Positions 26,463 to 33,723 of a stretch of DNA of 33,723 nucleotides are shown here, piece by piece (the stretch's first letter is position 1; every line of letters begins with the position of its first letter). The DNA is from Burkholderiaceae bacterium (GTDB taxonomy: Bacteria > Pseudomonadota > Gammaproteobacteria > Burkholderiales > Burkholderiaceae), in the NCBI GenBank assembly GCA_947457745.1, contig CANGWT010000001.1, forward strand, positions 1 through 33,723, given 5' to 3'. The position numbers were made by a program, and so were the translations under genes. The notes below the pieces were generated by a model, which was not told the origin of the DNA, ran no database searches, and worked only from the letters and a program-made list of their open reading frames with translations.

Positions 26463-27872
26463 ATGTCATCAAGTGGCTATGAATATCCTCCATTAGCATT
26501 TGTTGACATTGAGACTACAGGCTCTCATTTCGAGCGCGATCGCATTACAGAGCTTGGCATCAAATCGCTGATTCATGATCAGGTAGAGACTTGGGAAAGC
26601 CTCATTAATCCCCAGACATTGATTCCTCAGAACATCCAAAGTTTGACGGGAATTAGACCTGAGATGGTTAGTCAGCAGCCTCCCTTTGAGAGTTTGGCGA
26701 TAGAGGTCGCTCGCGAGCTCGAGGGTAAGATTTTTGTAGCTCACAATGCCCGATTCGACTATGGATTTTTGAAAGCATCATTTAAGCGGGTGGGTATCGA
26801 CTTCAAGCCCAAAGTACTATGCACTGTAAAGCTCTCTCGTTTACTATTTCCTGATCAGGCAAGACACAATCTCGACACCATCATTGGCGTCCACCGTCTC
26901 AAAATTAGCGCACGGCACCGTGCATTGGGTGATGCTGATTTATTACTTCAGTTTTGGCGCGTTTGCGAAGAAAAGCTTGGGCGTGAAGCGCTTCTCAAGG
27001 CAGTAAATCAACTCATTGGTAATCCAAGCTTGCCACCCAATATTGATAAAGCACTGGTGGACTCAATTCCAGAAAAGCCGGGTTGTTACATTTTTTATGG
27101 TGAGAATCAAATCCCGCTGTATATCGGTAAAAGTATTTCTCTGCGTAGCAGGGTGATGGGCCATTTTCAAGGGGCGCTTACCCAGCGCAAGGAAATGAAG
27201 CTCTCGATGCAAGTCAGAGATATCGATTGGATTGAGACTAGCGGAGAGTTGGGCGCATTAATTTTAGAATCGCGACTCATTAAAGAGCGCATGCCTAGTA
27301 TGAACATCAAATTACGCCGCTCAAAGGATCTCTGCGCCTGGAAATTGGAGCTGACAGAGGATGGTGTGCTCTCTCCTCATCTAGTGGGTCATCGTGAATT
27401 AGACCCTGGTATTCAAGAAAACTTGTTTGGCTTGTTCTATAGCAAGCGAGAGGCTAACGCTTACCTTAAGGCAATTGCTAAAAAATATCGTCTCTGTGAA
27501 GCGCTGCTTGGTCTAGAGAAGCGTATTGAAGGCAAAGCTTGCTTTGCTTATCAAGTTAAGCAATGCGGTGGCGCTTGTATTGGAGGTTCGCCAATCGAGT
27601 TGCACAATCTGCAACTCAAAACTGCCCTGGAATTATTTCAGGTTCAAGTTTGGCCATACTCTGGACCCGTGGCAGTCAAAGAGGCGGGCCACATGCATGT
27701 ATTGGATCGTTGGCGTTATTTAGGTACGGCAATAAACGAAGAAGAGCTCTATGAGTTGGCCGAATCAGGAGAGGCTGAATTTGACCTAGATATTTACAAG
27801 ATCTTGAAAAAAGCACTGGCCGGAAGCTTTAAGAGTCAGGTGATCCCTCTAGTAGTCAAAGATACTGCGTAA
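26463..27872 (+). CDS. DEDDh 3'-5' exonuclease (Pol III epsilon-like) fused to a UvrC/Cho-type GIY-YIG endonuclease
   Basis: DIETTG, AHNARFD and HRALGDA; PGCY...LYIGKS.SLRSRV..HF and LESRLIK..P..N; Cys cluster C..CFAYQVKQCGGAC; ATG at 26463. Confidence 0.9.
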   Translation: MSSSGYEYPPLAFVDIETTGSHFERDRITELGIKSLIHDQVETWESLINPQTLIPQNIQSLTGIRPEMVSQQPPFESLAIEVARELEGKIFVAHNARFDYGFLKASFKRVGIDFKPKVLCTVKLSRLLFPDQARHNLDTIIGVHRLKISARHRALGDADLLLQFWRVCEEKLGREALLKAVNQLIGNPSLPPNIDKALVDSIPEKPGCYIFYGENQIPLYIGKSISLRSRVMGHFQGALTQRKEMKLSMQVRDIDWIETSGELGALILESRLIKERMPSMNIKLRRSKDLCAWKLELTEDGVLSPHLVGHRELDPGIQENLFGLFYSKREANAYLKAIAKKYRLCEALLGLEKRIEGKACFAYQVKQCGGACIGGSPIELHNLQLKTALELFQVQVWPYSGPVAVKEAGHMHVLDRWRYLGTAINEEELYELAESGEAEFDLDIYKILKKALAGSFKSQVIPLVVKDTA

Positions 27873-27886
27873 TGGACGCTAAAAGC

Positions 27887-28141
27887 CTAGGCTTTAAAAA
27901 ATCCCAGTTTTTCTGATCTTGGTAGTTTCTTTAATCTAGCTTCAGCTTTAGATGCCTCAGATCGATCTGGGTGCTCTTGACTTGCTAAAAGGATGACTGG
28001 TCTGCGAGCCCTCGTATAACGAGCACCTTCCCCTGAATTATGAGCTGCTAAACGATGTTCTAAGCGGTTTGTAATGCCAGCGTAATAGCTGCCATCAGAG
28101 CACTCTAAGAGGTAAACAAGCCAGGTCAAAATAGGGGTCAA
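27887..28141 (-). CDS. Small GIY-YIG nuclease (YhbQ/UPF0213-like)
   Basis: VYLLECSDGSYYAGIT..L..RL..HN.G.GARYTR.RRP and A.K.E..LKKL...EK; TTG start. Confidence 0.9.
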   Translation of the reverse strand: MTPILTWLVYLLECSDGSYYAGITNRLEHRLAAHNSGEGARYTRARRPVILLASQEHPDRSEASKAEARLKKLPRSEKLGFFKA

Positions 28142-28167
28142 TTCGCTTAAAAAAGAGGTCTAACAGA

Positions 28168-28194
28168 CTTGAAATTATGCAGAATGCCCCTATA
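28168..28194 (+). promoter_or_regulatory. Sigma32 (RpoH) heat-shock promoter of clpB
   Basis: CTTGAA-13 nt-CCCCTATA resembles the RpoH consensus CTTGAA...CCCCAT.T. Confidence 0.72.
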
Positions 28195-28243
28195 TTCTAT
28201 AGATATAAATACATAAAAATAGATAGAGTAGATAGGGCTAAAA

Positions 28244-30838
28244 ATGAGAATAGATAAATTAACTACTAAGTTTCAAGAAGCGCTCAGTGAGGCGCAAAGC
28301 CTGGCTTTAGCAAAAGATAACCAATATATCGAGCCATCCCATTTGCTGCTAGCCATGCTGCGTGACTCAGATGGTGGCGCTAAGAGTTTATTGACACGCG
28401 CCGGCGTCAACGTGCCGGGCCTTGAAAAAGCAACTGAGAAACTGATTGCCAATCTCCCAGAAGTGCAGGGCACTGGTGGTGAAGTTCAGCTTGGGCGTGA
28501 TTTAAGTAATTGGCTAAATTTATGTGAAAAAGAAGCGAATAAGCGTAATGATCAATTTATTGCTGGCGAGTTGTTTTTGTTGGTGGTGGCAGACGATAAA
28601 GGGGAACTCGGCAAGATTGCTCGAGAGAATGGTTTAAATCGTAAATCTTTAGTGGCGGCTATTGATTTAGTGCGCGGAGGAGAGTCAGTGAATAGTGCAG
28701 ATGCTGAAGGTCAACGTGAGGCCTTAAAGAAATACACCATTGATTTAACTGAGCGTGCTCGTATGGGTAAGTTAGATCCTGTGATTGGTCGTGATGATGA
28801 GATTCGTCGCACCATTCAGATTCTGCAGCGTCGAGGTAAGAACAACCCAGTCCTCATTGGTGAGCCAGGTGTTGGTAAGACTGCCATTGTTGAGGGCTTA
28901 GCCCAGCGCATCGTCAACGGTGAAGTTCCTGAAACCCTCAAGAACAAGCGTGTCCTCGTATTGGATATGGCTTTGTTGCTAGCGGGTGCCAAGTACCGTG
29001 GTGAATTCGAGGAGCGCCTCAAGGCTGTTCTGAGTGACGTTGCTAAGGACGAAGGTCAAACCATCATCTTTATTGATGAGATTCATACGATGGTTGGCGC
29101 GGGTAAGGGTGATGGCGCAATGGATGCCGGTAATATGCTCAAGCCTGCCCTGGCACGTGGTGAATTGCACTGCATCGGCGCAACCACTTTAGATGAATAC
29201 CGTAAGTACATTGAGAAGGATGCTGCACTCGAGCGCCGCTTCCAAAAAGTGATGGTGGAGGAGCCTAGTGTAGAGGCGACCATTGCCATCTTGCGAGGTT
29301 TACAAGAACGTTACGAACTTCACCATGGTATTGAGATTACTGATCCTGCTATCGTAGCAGCCGCAGAGTTATCTCATCGCTATATCACTGATCGTTTCTT
29401 GCCAGATAAAGCTATCGACCTCATTGATGAGGCCGGCTCACGTATTCGGATGGAAATTGATTCCAAGCCAGAGGTTATGGATAAGCTGGAGCGTCGTCTG
29501 ATTCAACTCAAGATTGAGCGTGAAGCGGTTAAGAAGGAAAAAGATGAGGCATCACAAAAACGTCTTGGCTTGATTGAAGATGAAATCAAGCGCTTGGGTG
29601 CTGAGTATGCCGATCTTGAAGAAATCTGGAAAGCGGAAAAAGGCGCTGTATTAGGTGCCGCTCATCTCAAAGAGGAGATCGAAAAAGTTCGCGCAGATAT
29701 TAATAAATTACAGCGTGAGGGAAAGCTAGAGCAAGTTGCGGAATTGCAATATGGAAAATTGCCCGAGCTTGAAGCTAAACTGAAATCTGCTGCCGCTGCT
29801 GAAGCAAAGGGCGATAAAGATGGCGTAGTGAAGAACAAACTCTTACGTACACAAGTCGGTGCAGAAGAAATTGCTGAAGTAGTTTCTCGAGCTACGGGTA
29901 TCCCGGTATCGAAGATGATGCAGGGTGAGCGCGATAAGTTGCTCAAGATGGAAGAGTTGTTGCATCAGCGCGTGGTAGGCCAAGAAGAGGCAATTCGTGC
30001 AGTATCTGATGCTATTCGTCGGTCCCGCGCAGGTCTTTCTGAAGAGAATCGCCCTTATGGCTCATTCTTATTCTTGGGGCCTACTGGTGTTGGTAAGACT
30101 GAGCTTTGTAAAGCCTTGGCTGGCTTCTTATTTGATAGCGAAGATCACCTCATTCGAATTGATATGAGTGAGTTTATGGAGAAGCATAGCGTTGCCCGTT
30201 TAATCGGCGCGCCTCCAGGCTATGTTGGCTACGAAGAGGGTGGCTATCTAACTGAGCAAGTGCGTCGTCATCCTTATAGCGTCATCTTGTTTGATGAGAT
30301 TGAAAAAGCGCATCCAGATGTCTTCAATGTGCTCTTGCAAGTATTGGATGATGGCCGCTTAACGGATGGTCAAGGTCGCACCGTAGACTTTAAGAATACC
30401 GTGATTGTGATGACTAGCAATATTGGCTCACATCTCATTCAGTCGATGGTTGGTAAGAAGCAGTTAGAGATTAAAGAGGCGGTATTTGAAGAGTTAAAGA
30501 GCCATTTCCGCCCTGAGTTCTTAAACCGGATTGATGAGATCGTAGTCTTCCATGGTTTAGATAAAGGCAATATTGCCAATATCGCGAAGATCTTGCTGAA
30601 GAACTTGTCAGATCGTTTGGCCAAGGTTGATATGCAGATGGATGTCAGTGATGCCGCTTTAAGTAAGATTGCGGAAGTCGGTTTTGATCCTGTATTTGGA
30701 GCAAGACCACTAAAGCGTGCGATTCAGCAATATATCGAAAACCCAGTTTCCAAGATGATCTTGGAAGGTAAGTTTGGCCCTAAGGACACTGTTCCTGTTG
30801 GTATTGATAAGAACGGCGATTTCAGCTTTACCAAGTAA
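28244..30838 (+). CDS. clpB: ATP-dependent disaggregase ClpB
   Basis: Two AAA+ modules (GEPGVGKT and GPTGVGKT), long middle domain, GAPPGYVGY and FGARPLKR. Confidence 0.98.
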   Translation: MRIDKLTTKFQEALSEAQSLALAKDNQYIEPSHLLLAMLRDSDGGAKSLLTRAGVNVPGLEKATEKLIANLPEVQGTGGEVQLGRDLSNWLNLCEKEANKRNDQFIAGELFLLVVADDKGELGKIARENGLNRKSLVAAIDLVRGGESVNSADAEGQREALKKYTIDLTERARMGKLDPVIGRDDEIRRTIQILQRRGKNNPVLIGEPGVGKTAIVEGLAQRIVNGEVPETLKNKRVLVLDMALLLAGAKYRGEFEERLKAVLSDVAKDEGQTIIFIDEIHTMVGAGKGDGAMDAGNMLKPALARGELHCIGATTLDEYRKYIEKDAALERRFQKVMVEEPSVEATIAILRGLQERYELHHGIEITDPAIVAAAELSHRYITDRFLPDKAIDLIDEAGSRIRMEIDSKPEVMDKLERRLIQLKIEREAVKKEKDEASQKRLGLIEDEIKRLGAEYADLEEIWKAEKGAVLGAAHLKEEIEKVRADINKLQREGKLEQVAELQYGKLPELEAKLKSAAAAEAKGDKDGVVKNKLLRTQVGAEEIAEVVSRATGIPVSKMMQGERDKLLKMEELLHQRVVGQEEAIRAVSDAIRRSRAGLSEENRPYGSFLFLGPTGVGKTELCKALAGFLFDSEDHLIRIDMSEFMEKHSVARLIGAPPGYVGYEEGGYLTEQVRRHPYSVILFDEIEKAHPDVFNVLLQVLDDGRLTDGQGRTVDFKNTVIVMTSNIGSHLIQSMVGKKQLEIKEAVFEELKSHFRPEFLNRIDEIVVFHGLDKGNIANIAKILLKNLSDRLAKVDMQMDVSDAALSKIAEVGFDPVFGARPLKRAIQQYIENPVSKMILEGKFGPKDTVPVGIDKNGDFSFTK

Positions 30839-30886
30839 ATCATCAAAAAATCAGCGGGAATATGCCTGCACCAGTAAACTCGGTAC

Positions 30887-32125
30887 ATGACTGACGCTCT
30901 AAAAAATAGGCGCGCCAGTGATGTCCGGGTTGTTGGTCTCATTAGCCTGGCTCACGGTAGCTCCCATTTCTTTCATTTAATTCTGCCCCCCATGTTCCCA
31001 TGGTTGAAGGCGGAGTTCGGCTTTAACTATGCTGAGCTAGGCTTGCTCATGACCATCTTCTTTGTGGTCTCATGCATTGTTCAGGCGGCATCTGGATTTT
31101 TAGTGGATCGTATTGGCTCTCGCCCCGTCTTGTTTGCTGGTGTGGCTTTACTTGCATTGGCTGCGCTGACTTACTCACAAAGCAATGGCTATGCCATGTT
31201 GGTGCTGGGGGCGGTGATTGCGGGATGTGGCAATGGTGTTTTCCATCCAGTGGATTACACGCTAATTAATCATAAAATTTCACCACCGAATTTGCCTTAT
31301 GCCTACTCCATTCATGGTGTGACAGGTTATATCGGCTGGGCTGCTGCTCCAGCTTTCATGGTGGCTATAACAACCATAGCAGATTGGCGCATTGCGTTTT
31401 TGTCGGCTGCAGTGCTAGAGGCGCTGATTTTGGTGATTCTCTGGTTGAGTCGGGCTCGTTTGGTAGATGATGTGCAGGCAAGGCGAGATGAATCAGAGGC
31501 TAGTCATATTGCGAACAATCCTGGTGGCGCACCCATGAGTACCTTCGGTTTTCTGAGGCTGCCTGTTGTTTGGCTCTGCTGGATTTTCTTTTTCTTTAGT
31601 ATGGCTGCAACTACCGGCCTGCAATCATTTGCCCCAACTGCACTTTTTAAAATCTACGACATTGCTGTGAGCTCCGGTAATTATTATTTAACACTCATGT
31701 CTTTGGGTGGCGCTGGAGGGATGTTATTGGGCGGCTATTTGGCCACCAAGTTAAAAGTGCCTGAGCGCATCATTACGATCTGCTTCACTGTGAATATCGT
31801 CATGGGTCTTTTGATGGCTACAGGTTTGGTGCCTGTCGAATTAATCATCATTGCTTTCATTGTGATTGGACTTGGCTTGGGAGTAGCGGCACCATCGCGC
31901 GACTTAATGATTCGAACTGCAACACCCTCTGGCTCATCGGGCAGGGTGTACGGTATTGTTTATTCAGGTATTGATTTGGGCGCAGCACTAAGTCCATTAA
32001 TTTTTGGAATCTTCTTGGATGTGGGCTTGCCAAAGTTCTTGTTCATTGGCGTGGCTCTTCTCCAGATCATGATTATCCTGACCGGATTTAAGGTGGCGAG
32101 CCTCAGCACCCCCAAAGCTAGCTAA
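30887..32125 (+). CDS. MFS transporter (Fsr-like)
   Basis: About 12 hydrophobic segments; motif A GFLVDRIGSR; G.GVFHP; H...H in TM1. Confidence 0.88.
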   Translation: MTDALKNRRASDVRVVGLISLAHGSSHFFHLILPPMFPWLKAEFGFNYAELGLLMTIFFVVSCIVQAASGFLVDRIGSRPVLFAGVALLALAALTYSQSNGYAMLVLGAVIAGCGNGVFHPVDYTLINHKISPPNLPYAYSIHGVTGYIGWAAAPAFMVAITTIADWRIAFLSAAVLEALILVILWLSRARLVDDVQARRDESEASHIANNPGGAPMSTFGFLRLPVVWLCWIFFFFSMAATTGLQSFAPTALFKIYDIAVSSGNYYLTLMSLGGAGGMLLGGYLATKLKVPERIITICFTVNIVMGLLMATGLVPVELIIIAFIVIGLGLGVAAPSRDLMIRTATPSGSSGRVYGIVYSGIDLGAALSPLIFGIFLDVGLPKFLFIGVALLQIMIILTGFKVASLSTPKAS

Positions 32126-32137
32126 AGCACCCTCTTC

Positions 32138-32154
32138 TTTTCACAATGTGAAAA
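32138..32154. promoter_or_regulatory. Perfect 8-1-8 inverted repeat, candidate operator upstream of aceA
   Basis: TTTTCACA-A-TGTGAAAA. Confidence 0.5.
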
Positions 32155-32299
32155 TTCATTCCCATACGCAAAATGCAGCGCAACATTTCAATCTAAACAC
32201 CATTTCGCCGCTTGAATATAAATTTCATATTATAAGAATTTAATTTTAAGTAATTGAATTAATTGAATTAATTTTATTTATCCCATGCTGAAATAGTTC

Positions 32300-32345
32300 T
32301 TGCATGCTTTCCCTGGATGCTTAAACTCTTATATAAGACATAAGA
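32300..32345 (+). promoter_or_regulatory. aceA promoter candidate overlapped by an SdhR-type (GntR) operator
   Basis: TTGCAT-16 nt-TAAACT, then TCTTATATAAGACATAAGA at 32327-32345. Confidence 0.6.
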
Positions 32346-32394
32346 CTTGAAAGTCCAAATATTTGAAGTACTTGTTTAACTTAGGGAGAAAAAC

Positions 32395-33693
32395 ATGGCA
32401 GATCGCAAAGCAGAAATTGCAGCATTACAAAAAGACTGGGACACCAATCCACGCTGGAAGGGCATTACTCGTGGATACACGGCTGAAGACGTTGTTCGTC
32501 TGCGTGGCTCATTAAAGATTGAGCACACATTAGCTAAACATGGCGCAGAGCGTCTCTGGGAATTGGTGAATAACGAAGCCTACGTTAACTGTTTAGGTGC
32601 TTTGACTGGTGGTCAGGCAATGCAACAGGTTAAGGCTGGCGTTCAAGCCATCTACTTATCAGGTTGGCAAGTTGCTGCTGACGGTAACTCTTACGCAGCG
32701 ATGTATCCAGACCAATCCCTATATCCAGTGGATTCAGTTCCGAAGATGGTTGAGCGTATCAATAACTCATTCCAACGTGCTGATGAAATCCAAACCGCTA
32801 AAGGTGTTTATAAAGGTGACGCTGGCTATATCGAGTATTTCGCTCCAATCGTTGCTGATGCTGAAGCAGGCTTCGGCGGTGTATTGAATGCATTCGAATT
32901 AAGTAAAGCATTGATCAAGCAGGGTGCAGCAGGCGTTCACTTCGAAGACCAATTGTCATCTGTGAAGAAGTGCGGCCACTTGGGTGGCAAAGTATTGTTG
33001 CCTACAGCTGAGTCAGTACAGAAATTGATTTCTGCACGTTTGGCTGCTGACGTGATGGGTGTTTCAACAATCATCTTGGCACGTACTGATGCTGAAGCTG
33101 CTGACTTGTTAACATCGGATTACGACGCAAACGATAAGCCATTTTTGACGGGTGAGCGTACTCCAGAAGGCTTTTATAAAACACGTAAGGGCTTGGATCA
33201 AGCGATCTCCCGTGGTTTAGCATATGCCGCTTACGCTGATATGGTGTGGTGTGAAACCGGTACACCGGACTTAGATTTTGCGCGTAAGTTCGCTGAAGCC
33301 ATTCGTGCGAAGTTCCCGGGCAAGATGTTGGCTTATAACTGCTCACCATCTTTCAATTGGAAGAAAAACTTGGATGATGCAACGATTGCGAAGTTCCAGC
33401 GTGAATTAGGTGCAATGGGTTACAAGTATCAGTTTATTACCCTCGCTGGTATTCACTCAATGTGGTACAACATGTTCGACTTGGCTCAAGACTACATGAA
33501 GCGTGGCATGACTGCATACATCGAGAAAGTACAAGAGCCAGAATTTGCTGCGCGTGATCGTGGTTACACATTTGTATCGCATCAGCAAGAAGTCGGTACT
33601 GGTTACTTTGATGATGTGACTACCGTGATTCAAGGTGGCAAGTCTTCAGTAACCGCATTAACTGGTTCTACAGAAGAAGAGCAGTTCCACTAA
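32395..33693 (+). CDS. aceA: Isocitrate lyase (short form)
   Basis: YLSGWQVA, catalytic [20 protein letters not shown] and HQ.EVG.GYFD; RBS AGGGAG. Confidence 0.98.
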   Translation: MADRKAEIAALQKDWDTNPRWKGITRGYTAEDVVRLRGSLKIEHTLAKHGAERLWELVNNEAYVNCLGALTGGQAMQQVKAGVQAIYLSGWQVAADGNSYAAMYPDQSLYPVDSVPKMVERINNSFQRADEIQTAKGVYKGDAGYIEYFAPIVADAEAGFGGVLNAFELSKALIKQGAAGVHFEDQLSSVKKCGHLGGKVLLPTAESVQKLISARLAADVMGVSTIILARTDAEAADLLTSDYDANDKPFLTGERTPEGFYKTRKGLDQAISRGLAYAAYADMVWCETGTPDLDFARKFAEAIRAKFPGKMLAYNCSPSFNWKKNLDDATIAKFQRELGAMGYKYQFITLAGIHSMWYNMFDLAQDYMKRGMTAYIEKVQEPEFAARDRGYTFVSHQQEVGTGYFDDVTTVIQGGKSSVTALTGSTEEEQFH

Positions 33694-33723
33694 GAAATTC
33701 CTAAGTAGTTCATAGTGGCAGTA

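Noticed and set aside
21118-28243. Accessory block as a prophage or integrative element
   Set aside because: No integrase, transposase, phage structural gene, tRNA target or flanking direct repeats seen
93-33349. Many 60-125 aa antisense or out-of-frame ORFs in the track (e.g. 93-452, 6660-6983, 16372-16707, 25596-25949, 28816-29289)
   Set aside because: They lie within well-supported genes and show no recognisable motifs; typical shadow ORFs

Overview
Bacterial chromosomal segment, most likely a Burkholderiaceae betaproteobacterium of the Polynucleobacter type (inferred from the moderate GC and the gene order; not verified). Order: rplI; dnaB interrupted in its P-loop by a 352-aa Ala-initiated (class 3-type, WCT) intein with a LAGLIDADG endonuclease; a class III aminotransferase; a minus-strand block (Mth938-like, arnT-arnB-arnC-split arnA-arnD for L-Ara4N lipid A modification, bcp, PIN-PhoH, NlpC/P60, small secreted repeat protein); alaA-hom-thrC-moeA-moaD-moaE; a ~7 kb mixed accessory block (renalase-like, AlkB-like, Cys-rich sORF, MpaB/DUF2236 oxygenase, Lon N-domain, a 50-aa sORF missing from the ORF track, DUF2244, degenerate IscR/Rrf2, TPR, DEDDh-GIY-YIG fusion, small GIY-YIG); then clpB with a sigma32-like promoter, an MFS transporter and aceA. 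Best leads: (1) the class 3 DnaB intein; (2) a structured ~170-nt leader of PIN-phoH with promoter, three-way junction, intrinsic terminator and a leaderless 53-codon uORF (candidate attenuator, riboswitch or sRNA); (3) a degenerate IscR paralog heading a TPR plus exonuclease/endonuclease operon; (4) an arn operon without a flippase gene. No rRNA, tRNA, CRISPR array or transposase was recognised. All calls come from reading motifs by eye; no database search was run.
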